A stretch of 64,000 nt of DNA from Octopus bimaculoides (GCF_001194135.2 NC_068981.1:37652761-37716760); one strand, 5' to 3'. Numbered from the stretch's first letter, positions 1 to 13,844 are shown. Translations and numbers: made by a program. The notes: generated by a model from the letters alone, not told the origin.

Positions 1-75
1 GTTGTATACAATTATTTCTTAACAGAAGTTAAATTTATGATAAAATATCCAAAGAATTTTAGCAAAAATAATAGT

Positions 76-103
76 AACAATAATAATAATAATAATAATA
101 ATG

Positions 104-190
<87 letters not shown>
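76..190. repeat. (AAT)n tract switching directly to its complement (TTA)n
   Basis: taataataat...aataataatt attattatta: inverted trinucleotide junction near 160; source of the poly-Ile ORF 19..243. Confidence 0.95.
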
Positions 191-765
191 ATGCTCTGAT
201 GCAGTACTAGGCACTGGCTTTTATGGTTTCTGGTCATAACCAATTGGAAGTGCTATCATTTACATGTTTTGTCTTAGTATAAAGGATGGGCTACAACAAA
301 TATTGTGCTCAATACTACAGATTTGCTTGTCAGTTGTTTGACCTTAACCATTTGAGCATATCCCTTGGTGGCTGACAATATGTGCATCTCAGATCACAAG
401 CAGAAGTAGTAGGGCAGTATCACAGCCATGTGTTGAGAGGAATTCATTGAGGTTTGAATAATACACCTCTGGAAACATGAGTGTTTTGTTCAACATCCTT
501 AAACAACCCTTAATCAGGGATCTTTTGAGTAGGATGAGCTACTCAACCTGAAGAAAATTCCAACTGGGTTCTACCCACAAGGTCATGTGCTGTTTATCTT
601 GATATGAGATCACTATGTCATGCACATATAATGTGATGTATGTGCCAGGTGTACCCTTATCTTGATGGGTAGTCATGATGGTTATACTGGACTTCATATA
701 TTTTATCCCAGTGTCACTTTGATGGCATTCAATGTTCTCTTACTCAGTAATAATAATAATTATAA
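190..765 (+). mobile_element. Unclassified ~570-bp interspersed repeat (SINE or LINE 3'UTR-like) ending in (AAT)n
   Basis: Non-coding block bounded by (TTA)n on the left and an (AAT)n tail at ~748-765. It resembles a repeat I recall from octopus DNA (unverified). Confidence 0.45.
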
Positions 766-3265
766 TGGCTTGTTACTCAATCACCCATATTAATATTTAT
801 CTCTTAACAAATATGACTACTTCTTCCTGACAATAAATTGTAAACTGAATCGAATTTTTATTTAATAGTTTAAGTAGCAAAACTGGTGAAAATGCTAGAA
901 ACAGTATGAAGTAAGGGTGATTGCTTTACTAACAATAAATAGTAAAATGGAAAATCAGATTCAAATATTGATTCAATACTTTAAGTTGTTAAATGCTTGG
1001 ACGAGAGTAAGGTATGGATGATTGCTTCTGTCCACTTTGCATTTCATCCCTTTGGGAGTCAATGCAATGGTGTTTTAATTCTTTTGATACTAACTCACAT
1101 GGGAACATCGTTGGTTCTATGATACAAACTTCCTGTTTTAAAGTGATCTAAATTAAAACCTTCCATCAAAAGTTCATGTTAATTAATATTCCAAACACCA
1201 GATTAATAATGACAAGGTTATCTAACTAAATTCTTCATTATTTTTAAAATTGACCAAAGCAAGGACAGTGTATTTTAACAGGAATATGATTAAGAAAATG
1301 CTAAGTTTAATTGATAGCAATCTGCCTAGAGTGCCCAAAGGCCTCACAGACCTAGGAATCCTATGCTAACCTATATATGTTATGACTTGCTGTTAGCAAA
1401 TAAATACTATAGGCTCTGATGCATTGTTTTGGTCTCTAATACTATTAAGATAGCCCTAAGTTATGATAAGATGTGAAATGGCCAGGGATATGATATCAGG
1501 CAAGAACTTCAAAACTTTCGAATTCAGATGTGTAACAGATGCATCATTGATTATTTTGAGAGTCCATTTAATTTTCAATAACACAAGCAAGCTGTTGGAA
1601 GTCAACACCAATATGTTGCTTGAATTGGAAGATTTATTTCTTGTCCATTTCATACCAGGACACAACTAATAAAAACCAAGTGATAATCAAGGCTTCAGAG
1701 ACATTTACAATACAGCTTACAATAAATTAATTACAACTAATTTTGGAGCTTTTGCTTTCTCTGTCTTTTCCCTGACAAAACTTTGCTTTATGTCCACTCA
1801 AAGGAAGTTTAATATTTTAGCTTAAAAACAGAGACAATTATTTACCAAAACTGTTTTCTTTCAGTGACTGGTAAACATAGTGAGCATGTTTATGTTTTAT
1901 TGCTTCAGTCTTATTTATTATTTATTTATTATTTATTACCCTAATGTTCAAGTTGAAAAAGAAATCATTAAAATTTAATAATGCTTCACTTGGAAAGAAA
2001 AATAATGAGTTTTTCTATTCATTAATTTTTTATAATATTGATTCAAAACCAAATTAATCTTTTTCTGAATTAAAATAATTTTTAATTGAATAACGCTAAA
2101 TGGTTGGAGTGAGTGAAAACTAAGTGGTGCAACAAATGAAATATTAGATTTCATGTAATGAATATTTAAAAATATTTAAAAATATATAACAAAATAATTT
2201 ATTTATAAGAAATATATCGCTTTTAGATTTCATTAAATGTTGATCAATAATCAATAATAAAGTTCAATAGGAAGGTGATGTTAGTGAGGAGCAAAAATTA
2301 ATTTAAGGATTGTATTATGAGAAAATATATTCCAGAAAAGAAGACAGGAAAAGACAATCCAGACTATCGCAATAGCTAAAGATTGTTTGTTTAATTAGTG
2401 TGGTCAACTCAAACCTTTTTTACAATAGCTTTGCTCTCAAAAATTACAAGTATTTTGTAATTCAACTTAATCTATATTCAAATAGTTTTCAAAATTTATT
2501 CAAGTTTATGTATGCAGTATATTAATCATGATGAGCTGTAGGGAGTAGGATAATTTTGAACAATAATAATATTTTCATCTTTATATCTACAGGTAATTTA
2601 ATTAATTGAATTTTCAGTTTATTATGTTAAAACTCTCACTAATGGATGTCATGATATGGAAAATAAACCTAAGATTGGATCATTCATAAAATTTATATTC
2701 CTATATTCATTTATTACACAAAGAGGAAATATAGTTTGAGATCATGAAGCTGGTATTTAATTAGAAAAGTTAGTGATCATTAGAAGATAATCATATTGAG
2801 AATGATATGTAGAAAAATAAATTGTCCAACGTTCCTAGAAACTAGGTTTCATTCTTCAGAGTTCACAATGAGAGCCATGAAAAGAATATGGTAATGTATT
2901 AATACAATAGATAACACATGAACTTCTAACGATATTCATGTGTGGCATAGTTTATATGACAAATATTTGTAGGTTAGACAAAAAGAACTCAATATGTACA
3001 TGTTTATTCATTCATTCATTTTATGTTTATTTTGGCATGTTGATATGGGATAGACAAAAAAATTTTACTGAAACATTGTTTTACAGTCAGATGTCCTTCC
3101 CGACACTAACCCTTACTTGCTTGCAAGCAAAAGGTTTCTATTTTATTTCCTTTGTCTTTGAGAGCATAGAGTTTACGAATGGTATGGCTGATAAGAAATG
3201 TCAACAAACAACACTGTTTGTAGCTCAATGTGTTCAAGAAATATGTCATAGAATGTAAATACTCA

Positions 3266-3267
<2 letters not shown>

Positions 3268-3341
<74 letters not shown>
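3268..3341. repeat. (CA)n microsatellite running into an assembly gap (3342-3981)
   Basis: Pure CA repeat directly visible. Confidence 0.97.
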
Positions 3342-3981
3342 NNNNNNNNNNNNNNNNNNNNNNNNNNNNNNNNNNNNNNNNNNNNNNNNNNNNNNNNNNN
3401 NNNNNNNNNNNNNNNNNNNNNNNNNNNNNNNNNNNNNNNNNNNNNNNNNNNNNNNNNNNNNNNNNNNNNNNNNNNNNNNNNNNNNNNNNNNNNNNNNNNN
3501 NNNNNNNNNNNNNNNNNNNNNNNNNNNNNNNNNNNNNNNNNNNNNNNNNNNNNNNNNNNNNNNNNNNNNNNNNNNNNNNNNNNNNNNNNNNNNNNNNNNN
3601 NNNNNNNNNNNNNNNNNNNNNNNNNNNNNNNNNNNNNNNNNNNNNNNNNNNNNNNNNNNNNNNNNNNNNNNNNNNNNNNNNNNNNNNNNNNNNNNNNNNN
3701 NNNNNNNNNNNNNNNNNNNNNNNNNNNNNNNNNNNNNNNNNNNNNNNNNNNNNNNNNNNNNNNNNNNNNNNNNNNNNNNNNNNNNNNNNNNNNNNNNNNN
3801 NNNNNNNNNNNNNNNNNNNNNNNNNNNNNNNNNNNNNNNNNNNNNNNNNNNNNNNNNNNNNNNNNNNNNNNNNNNNNNNNNNNNNNNNNNNNNNNNNNNN
3901 NNNNNNNNNNNNNNNNNNNNNNNNNNNNNNNNNNNNNNNNNNNNNNNNNNNNNNNNNNNNNNNNNNNNNNNNNNNNNNNNN

Positions 3982-4023
<42 letters not shown>

Positions 4024-4118
4024 TAGGGGACAATTCACAAAAAAAAAACTAAAGACGAAGACAGGTGATGTAGACAACAAACAGATGTATTAGTTTAACG
4101 CTCGGGAAGTGAAAAAGT

Positions 4119-4154
4119 CTTCAACGTTTTGAGCCTATGCTCTTCCACAGAAAG
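4119..4154 (-). ncRNA. Degenerate minimal hammerhead-like motif (PLE-type terminus)
   Basis: Minus strand: cttt-CTGTGGA-a-gagc(atag)gctc-AAAA-cgtt-gaag. Stem II GAGC/GCTC and stem I are present, but two core positions differ from CUGANGA/GAAA. Confidence 0.4.
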
Positions 4155-4815
4155 GAACAGAGAAAGAAACAAGGAGAGAAAATAAAGAAAGTGTAGTGTC
4201 TAGCGATCTATCAAGGCGAATGTAGGACAGAGGGGTCACACAGGAAGAAAGGGATATATATATATTTATTTACTCACATACACGACAGGCTTCATTCAGT
4301 TTCTGTCTAACAAATTCACTCATAAGGTATTGGTTGACCTAAGGCTATAGAGGAAGACATTTGCCAAAGAAATCACACATTGGGCTGAAATGTGAATTAG
4401 AAATTGAGATTGCTGATAAGAAGGCAAACTCCATATTCAAACAGCCATACATGCACCTACAGAAAAGAAAGCATGCTCCTCCAGAGTTTGACCCCACCCC
4501 AAGGCCTCCAAAAGCAAGAAACACACACCAAGACCAATGAACCATGTTGTATTGTGAAAGCAGCTATATATTATCAACACAAGATGTGAGAAAGATTAAA
4601 CTGAAATTCCTCATTATTGAATGTAATACTGGATATATAATATATTGTTAAGGATTAGTAGTTAGAAAAGATGAAAACAAAGGAAAAAAAGTTAAAACAG
4701 AGTAATTAATGTTTTACAAGAAAAAAAGACATTCAGAGGGTATCATGCACATACACACACNNNNNNNNNNTGTAAAATATATATATGTAAAAAATATATA
4801 TATATATATAAAACT

Positions 4816-4957
4816 GCAAGTCAATTCTAGTAGTTTTGTCCTTTATACATACACACACACACACATGTATGATTGTGTGTGTCTCTTTGTATTTGTGTAT
4901 GTATGTGTGTTTGTATATATATAACAGAAAGACAAAACTACTGGAATTGACTCGTGC
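4816..4957. repeat. Small fold-back element: ~28-bp inverted arms around a (CA)/(TG) core
   Basis: agtcaattctagtagttttgtc (left) versus gacaaaactactggaattgact (right) are reverse complements with one mismatch. Confidence 0.75.
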
Positions 4958-7538
4958 TTAAATTTATTCTGGAAAAGAAAGCAATAAAGAATTTTTGATA
5001 AAGTATATTAGACTTTTGTTGTTATATCTGTAACAGAATGACCAAAGAGGATGTTCGAGGAAGCAGCAGAACTAGTGAATTGTTCATGATTACTTCCTTA
5101 TGCTCTAGGTTATCAAATGGAGATAGGCAGTGTAAGTGTTGATTCACATTTCCAAATGGTGTCTGCATTAGAGCAGAATATCATCAATAGAAATAGTGTC
5201 AGCACAACAAGCGAGGTGGCAAGATGGGTTATTTATTTATTCATTTGTATAGTGTTTTTTTTGCCTGATTTAAGAAAGATAATTGTTTTTGCAAAGCAAT
5301 GAAGTAAATACAAATCATGGGTCATTTGATATCGCCACAAAGATTATGTCTCAAACTAATTGGTGAGGGAATAGCCTCTTTAGATGCATGCTGTTTTGCT
5401 CCTAATTTGTCTAATATCTCCAGGCTTAACAAACTGATACCAGTATTAGGCCAAAAGTGTAACTGCTATGTTGACTTTTCTCATAAGACTCTTTGGAACA
5501 CAATATAAATTATACTTCGCAGTCAGATTTAAAGTTAGATAACATAAGTTGTTAATGTTTATCAATGGTGAAGATAGTAAATTGGCAAAATCGTTAGAGC
5601 AATGAACAAAATGCCTTATGGTATTTAGTTACAGCTCTTTACATTCTGAGTCAAAATCCTAATTTGTCTATCATCCTTCCAGGGTTTATAAAATATATTA
5701 CCTGTCAAGAGGTTGATTTAATCAACTGTACTCTCTAAAATTTGTGCTCAATAAGTTCACTTCACAATCTTGTACCAATGTTAGAAATCAATACTAAACT
5801 GACAAAGCCATTGTTTCATATTTACAAAATTGATGCAATTTGGCCAAGGATATTATATAAGACATTTTTAGAAGAAACTTGGCTACTTATGTAAGCTGAA
5901 ATAAACATAAGAGTAGGCAAGCTCCAGCTAAAAAAAAAATTAGTGTCACAGACAAATGCATAAATATATACCATTATCCAAATTTATGCATAACATAATA
6001 ACAATGGGCCACAGAAATTAAACTGTTGCTATCACTTATAGCAAAGTTTTATGTAGGTACAAAACTATGAATTTGTAATGGAGAGATATAGTTTATTTGA
6101 GAAGAAAGGTTAGTGATTTAGGACACATTGGAAAATAAGGCACAAAACACTATGTCAAATAAAAGTCAGGAAGGTCATAGATGGGATACCTTTGATCAGA
6201 GCTAAATTAGGTTTCATCAACAATCCTCATCAAAACCTTTTGAGGATGATAATAACAGGCTTGGCTGTGTGGTTAAGAAGTTTACTTCACAACCATATGA
6301 TTCTAGTTCAGTTTCACTGCATATTACCTTCTACAATAGACCAAGGGTGATCATCGCTTTGTGAAGAAAAATAGTAAGTTGCACTGAAGCTTGCCACATC
6401 TCTCTCTTTCTTTCTTTCTTTCTCTCTCTCTCTCTCTCTCGCTCTCTCTCTCTCTGTCTATATGTATGTATACGTGTATGTATAAATGTACACACACATA
6501 TATTCATATATATGCATGTATGCATATGTACTCCAATAGTGGTGCGTGCCTCAGTATGGCCCCTGCTTATGGATGGAACAAGTAAAAGTAACATGCACGT
6601 TACTTTTAAATCTCAAATCTAGATAACACTATCTAAGCATTGTCCAACCTAATTAGGCTACCTATGAAGAAAACCAAACAATACCAAAATAAGTAATCCT
6701 CACAAACTGTGAATCAATGAGCACTTTACACTTACAAGAATGATGAATAACCCATAATAATGAGACTAGCATATAAGAAATTCACAATCTAGCACAGCGT
6801 GTTTTCCCATCATCAGCTACCCAGTTGGATATCACCTTGGTTTTGACACCTTGGCAGTACAATTCAATCTGGCAGTGTCCACAGCATTAAAAATATAAAT
6901 GTTACCTGGGAATTCATTAGCTTATTACTACAAGTAGCAACATAAGAATAAACAAATAATGATATGTATGTATGTATGTATGTAGGGATGGATGGATGGA
7001 AGGATGGAAGCTTATGTTTATATATACATTCATACATATATCAATGTCAGAGTTAGCATAATTTAACATCCATTTCCCATACTGGCATGGGTTCGATGGT
7101 TTAACAGGATCCAATGAACCACAGTTCTGCATTCATCTCCTGTATCTATTTTGGCATTATTTCTATGGCTGGATATCCTTCCGAAGGCCAACCATGTTAC
7201 AATGTGTTCTGGGTGCTCTATTCATGTGATAAGCACTATTGAGGTGATTTTGTAGCATGCAAGATAAGAAAATCAAATCAAAAAAAAAAGCCCCCTTGAC
7301 TGAACTGGTGTACATTTGAGATAGAAGGAGATGGCTTTGTACCAGGTGTTGAGAAGTTGAAGTATGACAGAAGGAGAATCACAGACTTCTTGCTCAAGAA
7401 GAGATACATGTTTAACCTGCATTACATGAGGTGTGGATGCGGCTTACTGGAAAGAAGATTGAGATGGTAGTGGTAATGTAAACTCTCTGTTTGTCCATTT
7501 GTCTGGCTGCCTGTCTATTTGTCTGTCTGTCTGTTTAC

Positions 7539-7581
<43 letters not shown>

Positions 7582-8094
7582 ATGTTTTAACTGAGGAGGG
7601 CCTTACATAATAGATGCATTTCCTATTATATATTATGCAGATCTGAAATTATGCAGATCTGAAATGTATGTAGTAAATGATTTCAAAATATCACTACTTG
7701 GTTTGACTTCTTTATTACAACATATATAAACATATATGCATACATAAATATGGGTGTGTGTATAGTGATAGATACATGTCAATACAGATATAGACATATT
7801 CACATGTATAGACATATGTGTGTGTGTTTGAATGAGTATGCATGCATATTTGCGTTTGTTGCTCACCACTTGACAACTGGTATTAATTTGTTTACATGCC
7901 CATAATTTAGCAGTTAAACAAAATGAAAGTGAGAGAATAAGTACAAGTCTTAAAATTAAATAGTGGAATCAATTTATTTGACTAAATCCTTTGATGTGTT
8001 GCCCAAGCATGGCCACAATTCAAACAAGTATAGTATTGCATATATAATAAATCATGATAGATTTGGTTATTATTATCATAATTACGATTAGCAG

Positions 8095-8410
8095 AGAGCC
8101 ATGGACATGTTGATGTTGGGAATCTTACTAAAAGATCACATCCAGATTGAGGAGATCAGGAAAAGAACTGGAGAGAAGGATATCATTGCAGAATATCACC
8201 ACACCACAAAGCCGGTCATGCTGCAAGGTTCACAGACAATTGGTAGACCCATACAGTTGTTGAGCATTACCCACATAAATGGAAGAGAGCACTCAGAAGA
8301 AAGCTGTTTGGAACAACATGGAGGAGAATGGTGAGAGCACAAGGGGCTTGGAGAAAATGTTGTGGCCAGTGGAGCCGACTCAGTATCAGACAGCCTGGCT
8401 GATCCAAGAG
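8095..8410 (+). mobile_element. RTE-clade LINE fragment (RT thumb / C-terminus), decayed
   Basis: ORF 8101..8334 MLMLGILLKDHIQIEEIRKRTGEKDII matches the RTE motif MLGIxLxDRIxNEEIRxRTGVxDII. Confidence 0.75.
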
Positions 8411-9209
8411 ATTCAGTTGAATTATGATAAGAACAAACAAGAATATATTAGAGGTGTAATAAAATTACACACAACTAAACAAAATATTTCAATGGCTTTT
8501 AATTTCATATAGATTACTTCAAATGCTAATTTGAAATGTCATGGATATGCAGTATTTTATTTGGTTTGGGCATCAGGAATTCAAATAGTCTTGTAAATCT
8601 AAAATATTACGACAAAAGTTTGTCATACTTCTTAAATATAAGCTTTTCAATTAGAGATTTGTGGTTTTTATCTGTTATCTTAAACTTAGTGACAGAACAA
8701 CGACAATATGGTTTAGCAGATGAGGAACTGAATGAGCAGCTCATAAACTTTTAAAATTCAAGTCCTGTTCTAATACATTTTTTAGCATGTAGTTTTATAA
8801 AATACTTACCCTTGGCATGGCTGGATGGTTAACAAATTTTGCTTCACAACAATGTGATTTGGGTTTCAGTTGCATCTCACAGTGTGATGTCTTTCATCAT
8901 AGCCCTCTGTTCACCAATGCCTTGTGAGTAAATTTGGTATAGTAAAAAACCAATACTATACACATACCCACACACACAAAACACAACGCAACACACATAA
9001 TGTGTGTGTGTATGTGTGTCTTCTAGTGTGTGTGTGTGTGTCTGCTAGTGTGTGTGTGTGTGTCTGCTAGTGTGTGTGTGTGTGTGTCTGCTAGTGTGTG
9101 TGTGTGTGTCTGCTAGTGTGTGTGTGTGTGTATTTGTTTGTATGTACGGGTGTGTGTGTGTATGTGTACCTTTCCCTTGTCTCAATATTTGCATACTGAT
9201 TGTAAACTA

Positions 9210-9472
9210 AGTCATTGTTCATCGAAGCAAAATCATTTGGACAGAAAAAATAAGAATTCTGTAGATGAGGTCAGAACAGTACTAGAGGAGTATTTTTCAT
9301 CATGGACTAGTGGATTTTGGAAGAGGAGCCTTGCAAGTCTACAAGACAGATGGAAGAGCATTGTTGAAAATCAAGGAGTGTATATTTTAGATTTAAAAAG
9401 AACTTTATTTATCTTAATTTTGAAAAATAAAAGAAGTATAAAAAACCCACATTATTTATGAGATGACCCAAT
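9210..9472 (+). mobile_element. Mariner transposase C-terminal remnant plus right terminus
   Basis: NHLDRKNKNSVDEVRTVLEEYFSSWTSGFWKRSLASLQDRWKSIVENQGVYILD* is a typical mariner C-terminus; a TIR-like ttatttatgagatgacccaat follows. Confidence 0.85.
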
Positions 9473-9849
9473 GTGTGTGTGTGTGTATGTAAGATTTATT
9501 TTTAGTTTTATTCTAACACATTCACTCACAAGATTTTGCTCAATAGTCTCAGGTTATACTAAATACTTGCCCACGTTACCTTGCAGTAGTATTGAACCTG
9601 AAACCACATGATTATGAAGCAAATTTCTTAACTTCACAGCAATGCCTGTGTCTTGAAGGTTAAATTATAAATATAGCTGGGGTTCTGAAAATTAAACATT
9701 GAGTTGTAAAACTTTTAATTATTGAAGTAATTAACTGATAAACACATTCAAGGTATTTAAAACCTACAAAAACAAATAGAAAATAATTACTGATCATGGT
9801 TATGTAAGGAGAGATAGTGTTAAGACTTTTGAAAATTTTAAATACTTCC

Positions 9850-10500
9850 ATTGAGAATGAATGAAATGACGGAATTTACAAATCCCAGGTTGTATTATAC
9901 ATTAAAAGGCAAACTTGAACATTGCTTTATAGCAGAAATAGGATACGTTTGCAAGAGAGTAAAACAGTTTATAAATAATGCAGAAATATCAAAATACCTA
10001 GAAAGACAGTAGAAATGTATTACTTTATGTCCCTGACACATAAATATTACCAATGCTCAACTAGAAACACAGAGATTATATGCAGAATATATGAAAATAT
10101 CCCTAGTTTATTGACAAAGTTTCTAAATTAAGAAGTTCCAAGTAATCTCCTTAAAGCATCAAAATGACAGTGAGAAATTATATTTTAGCATGTACTAGCA
10201 TGTCACAGTCATAACTTCCATGATATTAGTCTTACAGCCAATCGTGTCATCTTTTGGTTGCTTGGAATTATTATTCTTCAGAGCGTTGTTATGGAAATAG
10301 ATGAAAATATCAGATGAATACTGGAAAGACAAAGTATGAAAGAGAAAGGGTGGGAATTATTATGAGTCAGCATTGTTGATGGCATCAGTAAACCCTGCTG
10401 TCACGGAAATAACTCTGGAAGAGTTAAACAAATAACTAGGGATGAGCTTATTTTATGGCATTCAATTTACAGCCATGAATGGTGTGACGAATGATACATC
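9850..10500 (+). mobile_element. Highly decayed RTE-like remnant (endonuclease N-terminal-like part joined to 3' end)
   Basis: Fragmentary translations IVDGIS..ITLEEL..TRDE..LWHSIY resemble the BovB/RTE C-terminal WLDGIT..LEELRE..DR..WR motif; many stops. Confidence 0.35.
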
Positions 10501-11162
10501 AGAGATATTATAGGTTGTGGTCGGTCACATTGTTCTCTCACAAATCATTTAACATTCAAGTAAAGAACCTTAATTAAGAAGGATTAATATTTGGATTCCT
10601 CGAAGAATAGAAACTATGTATTTATCTTCCTATTTTGCATTTTATTATTATCACAGGGATGGACATTAAACTAAAAGGCAAAGTAGAAATATGTGCTATT
10701 AAATAGTCTGCAATGTACACACAAGCTTGAAATATTTGCAAACTGATTCAACAACTGAAATTTGGGGAGCAAATATGCTTATTTGCATTCCACATTATTC
10801 ACTGTGTCTGATCTGTGAAGTTAACTAAATCATTTTGTCATTCCCTGAATAAATTCACTTCTCTTCTATTAAATAGCAAGAATATTGATATTCTCATTTC
10901 TGTAATACAGAGAGAATGGGTGGGAGAATGAGAGTGAAAAACAAAGAGAAATATAAGAAGAGATTTATTCAAAAATACTATGTTTGCATTCCTGAACAAA
11001 AGTTGAAATTTTTTCATTATTTATTTTCATGTGTAGGTATGTAGATTTTTTTTATATTAGTGTATACTTTTTGTAACAGTATATGCCTATAAATGTAACA
11101 GTGTGTGCACATTTGATTATAAAAAAGATGTTTGCATGTGAATAAAAAGTTGTGTATGTATT

Positions 11163-11218
<56 letters not shown>

Positions 11219-12591
11219 GAAATGCGAGTGAGAATGTTTTTAAGTATGTATTTATATTTTTGAATATGAATTTGTGTGTGTGTGTGTGAGCATGTATCCA
11301 GCCATCTATAATGGTGCATGTTTGTGTTTGTGAACGAGTCTTTTTATCTAATTGTTGTCATAGACTTTATTTTCTCCGTCTCCACAAGCAGAAATGTCAG
11401 AAAGAAAACCATCCAGTATTGAAGCCAAACATAACCTAAGAAAACATGTATTTTATTTAAGTTATATCAGTTTGCATTTCCAGCAAGTAACATTCTCTGA
11501 AAGAATGTAATTAATGTGTCATCCTTGAGCAGCATGGAATGCAGTCTAGACAGTGGAACAAACACCATCACACCCTATTTTTCACAAGATAAATCACTGT
11601 ATGTCAGAGAGCACAGTGTAGTTCTCAACCAGGCAGAGAAGCATGATATATCCGTCCAGATTGCTGGGATCTGTGAGTTGCACTGAGACCTTTTGACAAT
11701 CTACCAACATGTCATAAGTCTGTTCAAGCAGATCTAAGAAGACTATACAACAGCAACAAGAACATAATGTCTTCTGCTAGTCAATTTATTAAATGTTTCT
11801 GAAGAAACCTGCTGTGCAACAAGACGTGAGGTATATTTGATTTTTTTCCCTAAAACATAATATTAATTAATCATTTTTTTCTTTATTCATAGTTAGTGTC
11901 AGAGTCAAAGCACAGTCGAGTGACATATTTTGTAGAATGCCAGACAAAATGATTTGGGGTATTTTGTTAATTCTCTTTACAGTGTCATTCTTTGATTGCT
12001 CGTAGAAATAAGTACCATTTATGCTTGATTTATTTACATACTATGGATTTGTGCCAAATTTTGAAATTCTTATTATCAAGACCTTCTGAGCTGGAAGAAT
12101 TGTTTGAGCATCAAAAAAAATACCTTGCAGTATTTATTCTGGTTCTTTGTGTTTTGAATTCTAACACTACTGAGCTCAACATGGCTATCATTCATTCAGG
12201 GTTGACAAGATGAAATGCCAATCAAGTACTGGGTTAAAGGCATAGACTAACTCCTCCCCTTAAATTTGCTAGCCTTGTGCCTAAATTAGAAATAATTATT
12301 AACAAAGCCTTCTATCACATCTTGGCATAGTGACTCAAAGATGTGACTGAGATATGTTGAAAAACACTGCTGCTACAAATAGAAAATTATGAGTAATTAA
12401 TTAATTAATTAATTAATTAATTAGCTAATAATGGATGGATTTAATAATAAGCAAACAAAAACTAAGCATCTGCTCAAAGAAGAAAATCTCTTTTTTTTAA
12501 TAAAATGTTTGAGGTCAGATTTCTTGCAACTAATCACTTGTTCATTTTAATGTCTGATTTTCTATAACAGTATCGCTTAAACAGGGAAAAT

Positions 12592-13558
12592 TGTAAGGAG
12601 TGTGCAATAGAAGGTGATGAGAATGGCTCTTTAGTACATCACATGGTCTATACAATAAATATAAAATGAATAGTACATGTAAGTACCTGAGAGAAAAAGC
12701 AGACACAGCTGAGTAGACTGGTTAAGAGAAGATTTATTGATATGTAAACTTGTGTGTCTGTGTGTGTGCATGTATATAGAATAATAGACAGGCCGTCTTG
12801 AGAATAAAATGTATGTGTGCGTGTAAGCATAGATGTATGCACGTGTGAAGAACATATAAGAATGGCAAGAAGGAAGACAGTGAAAGAGTCTATAGCCATC
12901 GAAGTGAGAAGTTCATAGACACAGGAATGAGAATACCAGTTGGTAGTCAATTGTACATGATAGTTGAAATACTGTATCAAGAAGTTGCAGCCATGATGCT
13001 GAGCCAGTTGTAGGTACATGTTGTGTGTGAAGTCGTAGCTGTGATGCTGCTGCCTGGGTCACTTGATATAGGAGTTCTTACAGAGTGTGTATTTATTCAC
13101 TGTTGATCCATGGTGAAGTAATTCAGAAACAGAGAAGTGTTGGAACCTGGGCGAGCTGCTGGCTGAGCTGTGTATATAGAGAGATGATGTTGACGATGTT
13201 GAAAACATGACGGTCGCATTGAGACTGATGTAATACTGTTGAACGAAGTTGGTAAGTCTCAACGTGGCTGTTGTGGTGTCATCGCTGGAACTGGCTGTGG
13301 TCAGTGGCTAGACCTTATAAGGTCTAGAACTGAAAGAACTCGAAAGGGGGAGAAGGTGAGTTTTTATAAGGAGCTGTTGGCTCAAACATGGGTTGAGAAT
13401 AGGCTGTCTCACATGATTTTATTTATAGGCTCCGATTGGTTATATGCAGCATATTGGCACGACAGAGTAAGAGACAAATTGTGCCAAGATCAACCAATCA
13501 AAGTAGTGGACACAACAGGGTCCAAATAGCAGCCAAAGGCTAGCTGTTACCTGCTACA
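12592..13558 (-). mobile_element. LTR-like unit (~967 bp, solo-LTR candidate) with promoter and polyA architecture
   Basis: TGTA...TACA termini. On the minus strand: CCAAT (13457-13453, 13439-13435), TATAAAA (13368-13362), AATAAA (12738-12733). No target-site duplication seen. Confidence 0.55.
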
Positions 13559-13844
13559 TTCGAATATATAATAAAGGGGAGAGAGGAATTTCACTCATAT
13601 TTGAGGCAGATTTTTGAAATTTGGTGTTCTTCCTGTCACCAATCCTTATCAGTTTTCAAATGAAAGAATTCTTTTCTGTATTTCAAGGGTATTCTAAAGC
13701 ACAGACGTTGTGAAATATTTTTTGATTGGCAATGTCAATAGGCATAGCCAACTGGATACCATCCACAACCGGTGGCACCAACACTTGAAGTTGAGTTGCA
13801 AGCAGTGACATCATCTACAGCTGTAGTTCAATGTAGATTGTATA

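Noticed and set aside
1075-1305. Possible piggyBac-like MITE
   Set aside because: It resembles a repeat I recall, but its termini are too decayed here to show TIRs or a TTAA TSD.
1456-1669. Overlapping 68-69 aa ORFs on both strands
   Set aside because: No recognisable motif or convincing splice sites; the length is compatible with chance.
2824-2891. Either a 31-nt exon (AG...GTAATG) or a minus-strand CUGAAGA hammerhead relic
   Set aside because: The exon has no support. The ribozyme reading lacks GAAA and a clear stem I.
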